A stretch of 13,488 bases of DNA from Candidatus Zixiibacteriota bacterium (GTDB lineage: Bacteria > Zixibacteria > MSB-5A5 > GN15 > FEB-12): assembly GCA_041742355.1 (NCBI GenBank), contig JBGSIV010000159.1:1-13488 (forward strand). Reading direction: 5' to 3'. The translations under genes and the position numbers were made by a program. Positions 1 to 8,284 of the stretch are shown here, one piece after another (position 1 is the first letter of the stretch; each line of letters begins with the position of its first letter). The notes under the pieces are model-generated. The model searched no databases, was not told the DNA's origin, and was given only the letters and a program-made list of their open reading frames with translations.

Positions 1-701
1 GGGTTCGCCCCCATCGCTACCCCCAGGCGGGTGATTTCGGCCAGTCCGCGCGTGATGAGCGCCCCGAGCGTGTTGTCCCCCATCCCGAGCCCGGCCACAA
101 TCCCGGCCGCGATCGCGATGATGTTCTTGAGCGACCCGCCCAGTTCGACGCCGATCAGGTCACCGCAGAAGTACACCCGGAAGGCCTGCCCCGAGAATGC
201 TTCCTGCACCTCGGCGCAAAACGCCTCGTTGATCCCCCCGGCCACGACTGTCGTCGGCATGTCCCGCACGACCTCTTCGGCATGCGAGGGTCCCGAGAGC
301 GTCACCACCCGATAGAGCGGCCGCTGCAGACATTCGGTGATTACTTCGGACATCCGTTGGAGGGTGCGGGTCTCAATGCCTTTGGCCAGATTGACGACGC
401 CGACCGACTGGTCGATCCGGCCCTCCAGTTGCATCAACGCCGAGCGGAGATACTGCGAGGGCACCGCCAGCACCACCAGCCCGGCCCCGGACACCGCCTG
501 CATCAGGTCGTTTGAAATGGCGATAGCGGGATCCAGGCGGCACTCCGGCAGTTTCTTCGGGTGGGTCCGGTGTTCCAGGAGCGTCCGGTAGTCAGCCGCG
601 TCGAACTCCCACAGGGTTACGGCATGGCCGTTGCGATGGAGGAGTTGCGAGACCGCCAGCCCCCATGATCCGGCGCCGAGTACGGCGATCCGGTCAGGCA
701 T
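1..701 (-). CDS. gpsA: NAD(P)H-dependent glycerol-3-phosphate dehydrogenase (3' end runs off the left edge of the window)
   Basis: Hand translation from ATG at 701 gives MPDRIAVLGAGSWGLAVSQLL (Rossmann GxGxxG motif). Later motifs are LSGPSHAEEV, GVELGGSLKNIIAIAAG and GDNTLGALITRGLAEITRLG, all typical of GpsA. It overlaps the plsY end by 8 bp (ATGCCTGA). Not in the ORF track because it has no stop in the window. Confidence 0.96.
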   Translation of the reverse strand, partial: MPDRIAVLGAGSWGLAVSQLLHRNGHAVTLWEFDAADYRTLLEHRTHPKKLPECRLDPAIAISNDLMQAVSGAGLVVLAVPSQYLRSALMQLEGRIDQSVGVVNLAKGIETRTLQRMSEVITECLQRPLYRVVTLSGPSHAEEVVRDMPTTVVAGGINEAFCAEVQEAFSGQAFRVYFCGDLIGVELGGSLKNIIAIAAGIVAGLGMGDNTLGALITRGLAEITRLGVAMGAN

Positions 702-1356
702 GACGCCCTACCTTCCCCCGGTCGGACGATCCTCGGTCAAACCGGCTCTCGGTTCCAGCCGCCAGACGTTTGATATTGCCCCGGTGCGCGTAAATGATCA
801 GAAGCGTGAGAACGGCCGCGACCCACACGTACACAGTCGCCACCTCGTGTCCGAGCGCATACTTTTCGATGAGGATCACGGCCAGGAACGCGGCCACGCC
901 GGCCATCGACGCCAGCGAGACATACCGCCCGGCCAGGAAGACAATCCCGAATACGCCGAGGGCGATCAGTGCTTCGACCGGCAGCAAGGCCAGGCCGACG
1001 CCGAGAGCCGTATTGACTCCCTTCCCTCCCTTGAACCCCAGGTACACCGGGAACACGTGCCCGAGCACCGCCGCGATCGCGCAGAGCACCAGAAAATTGT
1101 GGGTGGTTTCGAACGGGATCGGGAAGTTGGCCGCAAACCACCGGGCAATCAGCACCGCGACCACTCCCTTGCCGACATCGGCGAGGTATACCCACACCGC
1201 ACGGCGGAAACCGAGCACCCGGGTAACGTTGGTCGCGCCGATATTCCCCGAGCCGTGCTGCCGGATATCGGCCACGCCGAACAGGCGCGGCACCAGGAGC
1301 CCGAAGGGAACAGCTCCGAGCAGGTAGGCTGAGAATATGGGCAGTATCCAAGTCAT
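694..1356 (-). CDS. plsY: Glycerol-3-phosphate 1-O-acyltransferase PlsY
   Basis: PlsY motifs AYLLGAVPFG, DIRQHGSGNIGATN, DVGKG, GHVFP, FKGGKGV, YVSLAS and HRGNIKRL, with multiple TM segments. Start chosen at ATG 1356 (MTWILP). The in-frame ATG at 1398 is an alternative. Confidence 0.95.
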   Translation of the reverse strand: MTWILPIFSAYLLGAVPFGLLVPRLFGVADIRQHGSGNIGATNVTRVLGFRRAVWVYLADVGKGVVAVLIARWFAANFPIPFETTHNFLVLCAIAAVLGHVFPVYLGFKGGKGVNTALGVGLALLPVEALIALGVFGIVFLAGRYVSLASMAGVAAFLAVILIEKYALGHEVATVYVWVAAVLTLLIIYAHRGNIKRLAAGTESRFDRGSSDRGKVGRHA

Positions 1357-1443
1357 GCGGCGGTTGTCGTTCTCGTTCGTCCCTGACCCCTCAATCATCT
1401 CGTGTCACTGCCCTGCGAGGTAGTGGCGCGGGGTATGATGGAC

Positions 1444-1467
1444 GCGCCGGCCGATCACGGCCGGCGC
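1444..1467. other. Perfect GC-rich hairpin (10-bp stem, 4-nt loop) without a U-tract
   Basis: GCGCCGGCCG-ATCA-CGGCCGGCGC, lying between the stop of the hypothetical gene (1484) and plsY. Confidence 0.6.
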
Positions 1468-1483
1468 CATAAGAAGGCTGTGC

Positions 1484-1966
1484 TTACTCGTTGGCAGCGC
1501 CGGGGTCGGCGGCCGTGTCTGACGGCATCTCACTGTCGGCCGGGATTTCGGTTTCTGCGGGCGGAGTGGCGCCGCCGAGCTCGGGAAACGCCTTGTACAC
1601 CGCGTTGACGAACTGCTCGACTTCGAGCGAGTCGACCACTTCATCGCTGCGGATGTGCTGGATGTCCTGCACATACAGGGCGAGGGCCTCCACCGGCGGT
1701 TCCTGCTGCCCGCGGACATGGGCCAGGAACGAGTCGGCGACGGAGTTGACCCGGACCGAGTCGACTCCCGGCTGCGGCTTTTCCGCGACACTTTTCTTGA
1801 GTTCTTCGGTCATGGCGACCGCACCGTACTGGACCAGTTTACCCCGGTTGGCGTAGCAGAGGTAGCCGAGGATGACGACAATGATGACAAGTACGCCGAC
1901 AACGATGAGGGCGACAAGACATCCCGTTGACATCCCTTTCCGCTGCTGTGGAAATTCCTGATTCAT
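1484..1966 (-). CDS. Hypothetical single-pass membrane protein, 160 aa, with acidic Pro/Ala-rich C-terminal tail
   Basis: ATG preceded by a GAGGGG SD-like sequence. N-terminal QRKGMSTGC is followed by a roughly 22-aa hydrophobic helix (LVALIVVGVLVIIVVILGYLCY). Codons end mostly in G/C, and the gene is collinear with plsY-gpsA. Confidence 0.8.
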   Translation of the reverse strand: MNQEFPQQRKGMSTGCLVALIVVGVLVIIVVILGYLCYANRGKLVQYGAVAMTEELKKSVAEKPQPGVDSVRVNSVADSFLAHVRGQQEPPVEALALYVQDIQHIRSDEVVDSLEVEQFVNAVYKAFPELGGATPPAETEIPADSEMPSDTAADPGAANE

Positions 1967-2012
1967 AACCCCTCGTCTGAATAGATGAGATCACTTCTGG
2001 TCGCTTACGTTA

Positions 2013-2041
2013 AGGGTAGTATCCGCAAAAAGTTCTGGCAA
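2013..2041 (-). promoter_or_regulatory. Putative sigma70-type promoter for the hypothetical-plsY-gpsA unit
   Basis: Minus strand reads TTGCCA (2041-2036), a 17-nt spacer, then TACCCT (2018-2013). It sits in an AT-rich patch downstream of the rplQ terminator and about 46 nt upstream of ATG 1966. Confidence 0.55.
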
Positions 2042-2095
2042 GTACTTAATGTGGCGCTTCGAAAGAAAGGGCGCGCGGTAGGCGTCGCGCGGGGC

Positions 2096-2124
2096 AAAAA
2101 ATAGCCCACCGTGAGGCGGGCTAT
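2096..2124 (-). terminator. Rho-independent terminator of the ribosomal protein / rpoA-rplQ transcript
   Basis: mRNA AUAGCCCGCC-UCAC-GGUGGGCUAU followed by UUUUU. The stem is 10 bp with one G:U pair, 65 nt after the rplQ stop. Confidence 0.9.
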
Positions 2125-2189
2125 CGTTATGTCAGTGCGAGATGTCAGATACTTCGGGAGAGCGGCCGATGGGCAAACCGAAAGATCCG

Positions 2190-2615
2190 TTACGCCTTGG
2201 CGGCGGCGGTCTTCTTCTCTTTGCCTTTTTTGGCCTTCTTGTCGGTCTCTTCCTTGGGCTTCTCGGTGAGCAGTTCCACGACCGACATCGCCGCGCCGTC
2301 GCCCCGACGGACCCCGAGCTTGATCACCCGGGTGTAACCGGAGGTGCGGCTTTCGAACTGCGGCACGATCTCGTCGAACAGCTTCTTGAAGATCTTCTTC
2401 TGATGGACCGTCTTGGCCACCTCGCGCTTCGAGGCCAGGGTGCCCTTCTTCGCGGTCGTGATTATCCGGTCCACGACCGGCCGCAGCGCCTTGGCCCGAG
2501 CGTCCGTGGTCTTGATCAGACGATGCTCAAAGAGCGACATCGCCATGTTCCGGAGCATGGCGTCACGATGCGCCTTGGTCCGTCCCAGCTTTACTACTTT
2601 ATCCTGATGTCCCAT
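2190..2615 (-). CDS. rplQ: 50S ribosomal protein L17
   Basis: KLGRTKAHRDAMLRNMAMSL, IKTTDARAKALR, GYTRVIKLGVRRGDGAAM; located after rpoA. Confidence 0.97.
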   Translation of the reverse strand: MGHQDKVVKLGRTKAHRDAMLRNMAMSLFEHRLIKTTDARAKALRPVVDRIITTAKKGTLASKREVAKTVHQKKIFKKLFDEIVPQFESRTSGYTRVIKLGVRRGDGAAMSVVELLTEKPKEETDKKAKKGKEKKTAAAKA

Positions 2616-2637
2616 CGCTCAATCATCACTCTATGCG

Positions 2638-3633
2638 TTAGACATTGACATTCTGTTTCTGCGACTCATCGAACTTCGATACATCCATCCCAAAGCCCAG
2701 CCCCATCTCCTCGAGCAGGCTGGAGATTTCGTTGAGCGACTTGCGGCCGAAGTTGCGGTACTTCAGCATCTCCGACTCGCTTTTGGTCACGAGGTCGCGG
2801 ATGGTCTGGATGTTCGCCGCCCGGAGGCAGTTGGACGATCGCACCGACAGCTCGAGCTCGTCGACCCGGGTGCGAAGCAGGTTGCGCACGCGCACCGTCT
2901 CCTCGTCCTCTTCCGGCTCCTCTTCCACCATGACCTCTTCGTCGAGGTGGATGAACAGCTGGAGGTGGTCCTTCAGGAGTTTCGCCGCGTACGACAGCGC
3001 ATCCTCGGGGGTGATCGACCCGTCGGTGGTGATCTCCATGATCAGCCGGTCGAAGTCGGTCTTCTGGCCGACGCGGGTGTTCTCCACCTGGTAGCTGACC
3101 TTGATGACCGGGGAGAACAGGGAGTCGACAAAGATGGTGCCGACCGCGGCATCGGGCCGCTTGTTCTGTTCGGCCACGTGGTAGCTGCGTCCCGAGTCGA
3201 CGTCGATTTCCATTTCGAAATCGATGTCAGCCGTGATTTCGCACACGTGCAGGTCCGGATTGAGAATCTCGAAATCCGGGTTACTCTCGAACATCCCGGC
3301 CGTGATCTTCCCCTTGCCTTTGTGGCGAAGGGTCAGGGTGCGCATTTCGTCGGCATGCATCCGGATGCGGATCTGTTTGACATTGAGGACGATGTCGCTC
3401 ATGTCTTCGTACACGCCTTCGATGCTGGAAAACTCATGGAGTACGTTCTTGATGCGCATCGAAACGACTGCGCCGCCCTGGATGGACGACAGCAGGACGC
3501 GCCGGAGGCTATTGCCGAGCGTAGTGCCGTAACCCCGCTCCAGCGGTTCAACAATGAATCGAGAGTAGTTTTCGCTAGCCGAGGACTGGTCGTTGACGAC
3601 TTCCTTCGGCATCGTTAATGGCTTCCACTTCAT
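2638..3633 (-). CDS. rpoA: DNA-directed RNA polymerase subunit alpha
   Basis: EPLERGYGTTLGNSLRRVLLSS, HEFSSIEGVYED, TRVGQKTDFDRL and alpha-CTD ELELSVRSSNCL...NFGRKSLNEI. Start taken at ATG 3633 (MKWKPL), downstream of a GGGAGG SD, rather than the track's TTG at 3654. Confidence 0.98.
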   Translation of the reverse strand: MKWKPLTMPKEVVNDQSSASENYSRFIVEPLERGYGTTLGNSLRRVLLSSIQGGAVVSMRIKNVLHEFSSIEGVYEDMSDIVLNVKQIRIRMHADEMRTLTLRHKGKGKITAGMFESNPDFEILNPDLHVCEITADIDFEMEIDVDSGRSYHVAEQNKRPDAAVGTIFVDSLFSPVIKVSYQVENTRVGQKTDFDRLIMEITTDGSITPEDALSYAAKLLKDHLQLFIHLDEEVMVEEEPEEDEETVRVRNLLRTRVDELELSVRSSNCLRAANIQTIRDLVTKSESEMLKYRNFGRKSLNEISSLLEEMGLGFGMDVSKFDESQKQNVNV

Positions 3634-3669
3634 AACTCTGGCAAACCCTCCCAAAGGGTTTAGTACACG

Positions 3670-4299
3670 TTACTTGGAGTACAATTCCACGACCAGTTGC
3701 TCGTTCACCGTCATGGGTATATCCGAGCGTTTGGGCGCTTCCAGCAGTTCGCCTTCAAGGCTGGCCTTGTTGAGGCGGAGCCACGGGAGATCGCCCGCGC
3801 GCCCGATTTCTTTGAGCGAGGTGTGGATCATATCCAGATTGCGAGACTTTTCCTTGATCCGGATGATCTGCCCCGGCCGCACGTTGTAGGCGGGAATGTC
3901 AACGAGCTGGTTGTCGACCAGTACGTGACGGTGCCGCACGAGCTGCCGCGCCGCGTTGCGCGACGGCGCGAAACCCAGCCGGTAGACCAGATTGTCCAGG
4001 CGGGTCTCGAGGAACTGAAGCAGGGTCTCACCGGTGACGCCTTTCCGGCGCGACGCCTTCTCGAAGTAGTTGTGGAACTGCTTCTCGAGGACGCCGTAGA
4101 GCCGGCGAATCTTCTGTTTTTCCCGCAACTGCAAGCCATACGCCGATACCTTTCGACGCCTGCTCTGACCGTGCTGCCCGGGCGGAAACGGCCGCCGCTC
4201 GATGGCGCACTTGTCGGAGAGGCACCGGGTACCCTTCAGGAACAGCTTCTCGCCTTCCCGACGGCACAGCTTGCACTTGGCCTCACGATATCGTGCCAT
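3670..4299 (-). CDS. rpsD: 30S ribosomal protein S4 (Cys-containing zinc-binding type)
   Basis: [57 protein letters not shown]. Confidence 0.98.
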   Translation of the reverse strand: MARYREAKCKLCRREGEKLFLKGTRCLSDKCAIERRPFPPGQHGQSRRRKVSAYGLQLREKQKIRRLYGVLEKQFHNYFEKASRRKGVTGETLLQFLETRLDNLVYRLGFAPSRNAARQLVRHRHVLVDNQLVDIPAYNVRPGQIIRIKEKSRNLDMIHTSLKEIGRAGDLPWLRLNKASLEGELLEAPKRSDIPMTVNEQLVVELYSK

Positions 4300-4346
4300 T
4301 CACTCTCCTGTATCGTTCACAAAAAACAATGTTCTGCCACGTCACA

Positions 4347-4742
4347 TCACACCCGGCGCCGTTTTGGCGGGCGGCAGCCGTTGTGCGGAATCGGGGTTAC
4401 GTCTTTGATCAGCGTGATCTCCAGTCCGGATGCGGACAGCGAGCGGATGGCCGCTTCGCGCCCCGAACCGGGACCTTTCACCCAGATTTCGACCCGGCGC
4501 AGACCCATGTCCATCGCTTCGCGGGCCGCAGTCGAGGCGGCCTGCTGCGCGGCAAACGGCGTCGACTTCTTCGATCCCTTGAAACCAACCTTCCCCGCCG
4601 TTCCCCAGGAGATCGCACGCCCGATGGAATCGGTCAGGGTGATGATCGTATTGTTGAAGGTGGCCTGGATGTGCGCGACACCGCTCGAATCCACCTTGCG
4701 GGATTTCTTTCTCGTCTTTCCCTTTTTCTTCGGCTCAGCCAC
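4347..4742 (-). CDS. rpsK: 30S ribosomal protein S11
   Basis: [60 protein letters not shown] start with GGAGG SD. Confidence 0.98.
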   Translation of the reverse strand: MAEPKKKGKTRKKSRKVDSSGVAHIQATFNNTIITLTDSIGRAISWGTAGKVGFKGSKKSTPFAAQQAASTAAREAMDMGLRRVEIWVKGPGSGREAAIRSLSASGLEITLIKDVTPIPHNGCRPPKRRRV

Positions 4743-4763
4743 TCAAATACCTCCGGATAACCG

Positions 4764-5150
4764 TTACTTCTTGCCGACTGGTTTCTTCTTGAGACCACCG
4801 ATCGCTCGCCGCGGACCTTTCCGGGTGCGAGCGTTGGTCTTGGTCCGCTGCCCCCGTACGGGGAGGCCGCGACGATGACGCAAACCGCGGTAGCTGCCGA
4901 TGTCAATCAGCCGCTTGATGTTCATCTGAATCTCACCGCGCAGGGAGCCCTCCACGGTGTACTCGTTCTCGATGACCGCACGCAGCTTGGTCACGTCCTC
5001 ATCCGACAATTGATTAACCCGGGTATCGGGGTTGACACCGGTCTTGTCCAGAATCAGCTTCGCGCGGTATGGGCCGATACCGTAAATGTAGGTAAGCCCA
5101 ACCTCGACCCGCTTATCCTTGGGAAGATCAACTCCGGCTATACGTGCCAA
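4764..5150 (-). CDS. rpsM: 30S ribosomal protein S13
   Basis: [47 protein letters not shown] start with GAGG SD. Confidence 0.98.
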   Translation of the reverse strand: MARIAGVDLPKDKRVEVGLTYIYGIGPYRAKLILDKTGVNPDTRVNQLSDEDVTKLRAVIENEYTVEGSLRGEIQMNIKRLIDIGSYRGLRHRRGLPVRGQRTKTNARTRKGPRRAIGGLKKKPVGKK

Positions 5151-5190
5151 TGCGAATTCCTCACTTCTCTATAAAAAACTAATATTCTGC

Positions 5191-5307
5191 TTATCCCTGA
5201 CGCTGCTTGTGGCTGGGGTCCCGCTTGCAGATCACCCGGATCACGCCGTGGCGGCGGATAATCTTGCAGTATTCACAGCGCTTCTTGACCGACGATTTGA
5301 CTTTCAT
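5191..5307 (-). CDS. rpmJ: 50S ribosomal protein L36 (zinc-ribbon type), 38 aa
   Basis: Hand translation gives [38 protein letters not shown]. It is shorter than any ORF in the track and sits at the canonical position between infA and rpsM. Confidence 0.97.
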   Translation of the reverse strand: MKVKSSVKKRCEYCKIIRRHGVIRVICKRDPSHKQRQG

Positions 5308-5334
5308 ACAACAACCAGTCTTTCGCGAAGTTCG

Positions 5335-5553
5335 TTATTTGTAACGGTATGTAATCCGGCCTCGGGTCAGATCGTACGGCGACAGCTCCAGGGTCACCTT
5401 GTCCCCCGGGAGGATCTTGATGAAGTGCATCCGCATCTTCCCGGATATGTGCGCCAGCACCACGTGGCCGTTGTCGAGTTCCACCTTGAACGTGGCATTC
5501 GGCAGCGGTTCGATCACGCGACCTTCAACCGTAATGGTTTCCTCTTTCGCCAT
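5335..5553 (-). CDS. infA: Translation initiation factor IF-1
   Basis: [30 protein letters not shown]...[42 protein letters not shown]. Confidence 0.98.
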   Translation of the reverse strand: MAKEETITVEGRVIEPLPNATFKVELDNGHVVLAHISGKMRMHFIKILPGDKVTLELSPYDLTRGRITYRYK

Positions 5554-5561
5554 AAACTCCT

Positions 5562-6308
5562 TTACGCCGCCGTCAGTATGCGCGGACCCTTTGCGCTAAT
5601 GGCCACGGTGTGTTCGAAATGTGCCGACGGCAATCCGTCGGCCGTAACCACCGTCCAGCCGTCCGGCAGCGTCTTGACCTCGTGTGTGCCCATGTTGATC
5701 ATCGGTTCAATCGCGATGACCATCCCCACTTCCAGCATCGGACCGTCGTTGGGCGAGCCGAAATTCGGCACCTGCGGTTCCTCGTGCATCGCCCGGCCGA
5801 TTCCGTGGCCGACCAGCTGCCGCACGATTCCGTATCCCCGGGCCTCGGCGACCTGCTGAATAGCCGCCGATACCGCGCCTAATCTATTGCCTTTTCTGGC
5901 GTTGTCAATACCGGCGTGCAGCGCTTTGAGCGTCCAGTCCATCAGCTGCTGCTTGTCCGCCGACACTTCCCCGATCGGGAACGTCCGGGCGGAGTCGCCG
6001 TAAAAGCCATCCACGATGGCCCCGATATCCACCGACACGATCGAGCCGTCCTTGATCATTCGCCGGCCGGGAATCCCGTGCACCACTTCGTCATCGATCG
6101 AGATGCACGCCGAAGCGGGGTACCCCTGGTAGCCCTTGAACGCCGGAATCGCCCCCTCGGAGCGAATGAAGTCCTCGATCAGACGGTCGAGCTGACCGGT
6201 GGTCATCCCCGCCCGGATGGTCGTGCTGACCATATCCAGCGTCCGGGCCACAACCCGGCCGGCCAGGGCCATGATTTCGATCTGATCTTCGTTCTTAAGC
6301 ACTATCAC
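5562..6308 (-). CDS. map: Type I methionyl aminopeptidase
   Basis: [51 protein letters not shown] and SAHFEHTV (metal ligands present); GTG start. Confidence 0.97.
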   Translation of the reverse strand: MIVLKNEDQIEIMALAGRVVARTLDMVSTTIRAGMTTGQLDRLIEDFIRSEGAIPAFKGYQGYPASACISIDDEVVHGIPGRRMIKDGSIVSVDIGAIVDGFYGDSARTFPIGEVSADKQQLMDWTLKALHAGIDNARKGNRLGAVSAAIQQVAEARGYGIVRQLVGHGIGRAMHEEPQVPNFGSPNDGPMLEVGMVIAIEPMINMGTHEVKTLPDGWTVVTADGLPSAHFEHTVAISAKGPRILTAA

Positions 6309-6320
6309 AACAGGTATCCG

Positions 6321-6974
6321 CTACTTTCGTACGCCGACAATGTCCAGCAGGTTGCCAAAAACAACCTCCGGCGGCTGCTCGCCGTTCACCGGGACGAGAA
6401 TGTTCTCCCGCCGGTAGTAATCCTCGATCGGCTGAGTTTGCTTCTTGTAAACCTCGAGGCGATGCCGGACTACCTCCGGCTGATCGTCCTTGCGGCGCTG
6501 CAACTCGGTTCGATCGATGTCGCACCGTCCCTCAACTTTGGGCATGTGGTGCGGGTAATTGTATGTCTTCTGGCAGGCCGGGCAGAACCACCGGCTCGAC
6601 AGCCGCCGAACCACTTCCTCATCCGACACCTCCAGCAGTATGGCGGCGTCGAGGACATGGTCGTGCGTCTCGAACATCTCTTTGAGCGCCTGGGCCTGCG
6701 GGACCGTGCGGGGAAAGCCGTCGAGGATAAACCCCCGATCGAGATCCCCGGCCCGCGATTTGGACTCGATCAGGCCGATGAGCAGTGCATCGGGGACGAG
6801 TTCGCCGCGCTCCATGTATCCTTGCGCCTGTTTCCCGAGCGCGGTACCCTGCTTGACCGCGTTCCGAAGCAGGTCGCCGGTGGACAGATGGACGACCATC
6901 AGTTCACCGGCCAATTTGGCTGCCTGTGTACCTTTCCCGGATCCTGGCGGGCCAAGGAACACCAGGTTGCTCAT
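6321..6974 (-). CDS. adk: Adenylate kinase (long form, zinc-type LID)
   Basis: P-loop GPPGSGKGT, HLSTGDLLR, GFILDGFPRT; LID CPAC-x16-CDID. ATG at 6974 overlaps the secY TGA (TGATG). GTG at 6977 is an alternative start. Confidence 0.97.
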   Translation of the reverse strand: MSNLVFLGPPGSGKGTQAAKLAGELMVVHLSTGDLLRNAVKQGTALGKQAQGYMERGELVPDALLIGLIESKSRAGDLDRGFILDGFPRTVPQAQALKEMFETHDHVLDAAILLEVSDEEVVRRLSSRWFCPACQKTYNYPHHMPKVEGRCDIDRTELQRRKDDQPEVVRHRLEVYKKQTQPIEDYYRRENILVPVNGEQPPEVVFGNLLDIVGVRK

Positions 6975-8284
6975 CACATGGACCTCCCCCGGATCCTGCC
7001 TTTCTTGAGGAATCCATCGTAGTGTCGCATGATGAGGTGCGATTCGATCTGCTGCAGGGTGTCCAGCGCCACACCGACTACGATCAGCACGCCCGTGCCG
7101 CCGAAGAAGAAGTTGACGTTGAACTGCCCGATCAGCACCCAGGGCAGGATGGCGATCACGGCAAAGAAAATCGCGCCCGGCAGCGTGATCCGGGTCAGAA
7201 TCCGTTCGATATAGTCAGCGGTGTTCTTGCCGGGGCGAATCCCGGGAATGAAGCCGCCATTCTTGCGCATGTTGTCCGCGATTTCCATCGGGTTGAAGAC
7301 GATCGCGGTATAGAAGTAGGCGAAGAAGACGATGATCAGGCCGTAGATGATGTTGTACCACCACCCGCCCGGGGCCAGCCACACGGCGACCAGGTTCTGA
7401 ACCCAGTCGGTGTTCGGGAAGAGCTGGGCGACGGTCGACGGCAGGAACATGATCGACTGCGCGAAGATAATCGGGATAACGCCGGCCGAGTTCACCGACA
7501 GCGGCAGGTGCGTCGTGGCGCCGCCGAAGACGCGGCGGCCGACCACCTTGCGCGGGTACTGTACCGGTACGCGGCGTTGCGCTCGCGTGACCAGGATGAC
7601 GGCCGCGATTACGCCGATCATCAGGGCCAGCATGATCAGGCCGACGATCGGGCTGCGCGACCCGTGCCAGACGAGCAGGACTTCCTGCACGACGGCTTCG
7701 GGGAAGCGCGCTATGATTCCGATGAAGATGATCAGGGAGATACCGTTGCCGATACCGCGTTCGGTAATCTGCTCGCCGAGCCACATGATGAAGATCGTGC
7801 CGCAGGTGAACGTCAGGATGGTGAGCGGGATAAATGCGGCGGTGTTCATGTGGACGGCGGAGATGCCCGCGGTGTTCTTGATGGTCGTCAGGTAGCTGGC
7901 CGTGCCCCACGCCTGAAGGGCGGCGATCAGCACCGTCAGGTAACGCGTGTACTGGGTGATCTTGCGGCGACCTTCCTCGCCCTCGCGCTGCAGGCGCTGA
8001 AGGTAGGGCACCACGGCGCCGAGAAGCTGGAGCATAATCGACGCGGAGATGTAGGGCATGATGCCCATGGCGAAAATAGTCGCTTTGGCGAACGCGCCGC
8101 CGACAAACAGGTCGAACAACCCGAAAATCGTGTTGTTGGCCAGGACCGACTGGAGAATGCTACCGTCGATACCGGGGGTCGGAATGTGCCCGCCGACACG
8201 GTAGACCACGAGAAGAGCGAGGGTGAAGAAAATCCGTTTCCGCAGCTCCTCGACCTTGAAAATCGACCTGAATGTATCTATCAA
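6974..8284 (-). CDS. secY: Preprotein translocase subunit SecY
   Basis: ELRKRIFFTL, GIMPYISASI, WLGEQITERGIGNGISLIIF, GVIPIIFA, GGFIPGIRPG, GGTGVLIVVGVALDT. Start corrected to TTG at 8284 (TTGA overlap with the rplO stop; GAGGTG SD 5 nt upstream). The track's extra 62 aa lie inside rplO. Confidence 0.97.
   Translation of the reverse strand: MIDTFRSIFKVEELRKRIFFTLALLVVYRVGGHIPTPGIDGSILQSVLANNTIFGLFDLFVGGAFAKATIFAMGIMPYISASIMLQLLGAVVPYLQRLQREGEEGRRKITQYTRYLTVLIAALQAWGTASYLTTIKNTAGISAVHMNTAAFIPLTILTFTCGTIFIMWLGEQITERGIGNGISLIIFIGIIARFPEAVVQEVLLVWHGSRSPIVGLIMLALMIGVIAAVILVTRAQRRVPVQYPRKVVGRRVFGGATTHLPLSVNSAGVIPIIFAQSIMFLPSTVAQLFPNTDWVQNLVAVWLAPGGWWYNIIYGLIIVFFAYFYTAIVFNPMEIADNMRKNGGFIPGIRPGKNTADYIERILTRITLPGAIFFAVIAILPWVLIGQFNVNFFFGGTGVLIVVGVALDTLQQIESHLIMRHYDGFLKKGRIRGRSM

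Noticed and set aside
1850..1925. Lipoprotein signal in the hypothetical protein (Cys residues flank the TM helix)
   Set aside because: The Cys after the hydrophobic stretch is in GYLC, which does not fit the [LVI][ASTVI][GAS]C lipobox. The other Cys precedes the helix.
2025..2039. Partial resemblance (GCCAGAACTTTTTG, minus strand) to the rpsM/rpsD motif; GCAGAA also occurs before rpsQ
   Set aside because: Only fragments match and the spacing differs. The first lies inside a promoter spacer and would not be in the mRNA.
2061..2091. Second hairpin CGCGCG-N8-CGCGCG followed by CCCUUUCUUUC downstream of the main terminator
   Set aside because: Short low-complexity stem with an interrupted, offset U-tract. 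At best a weak backup terminator.
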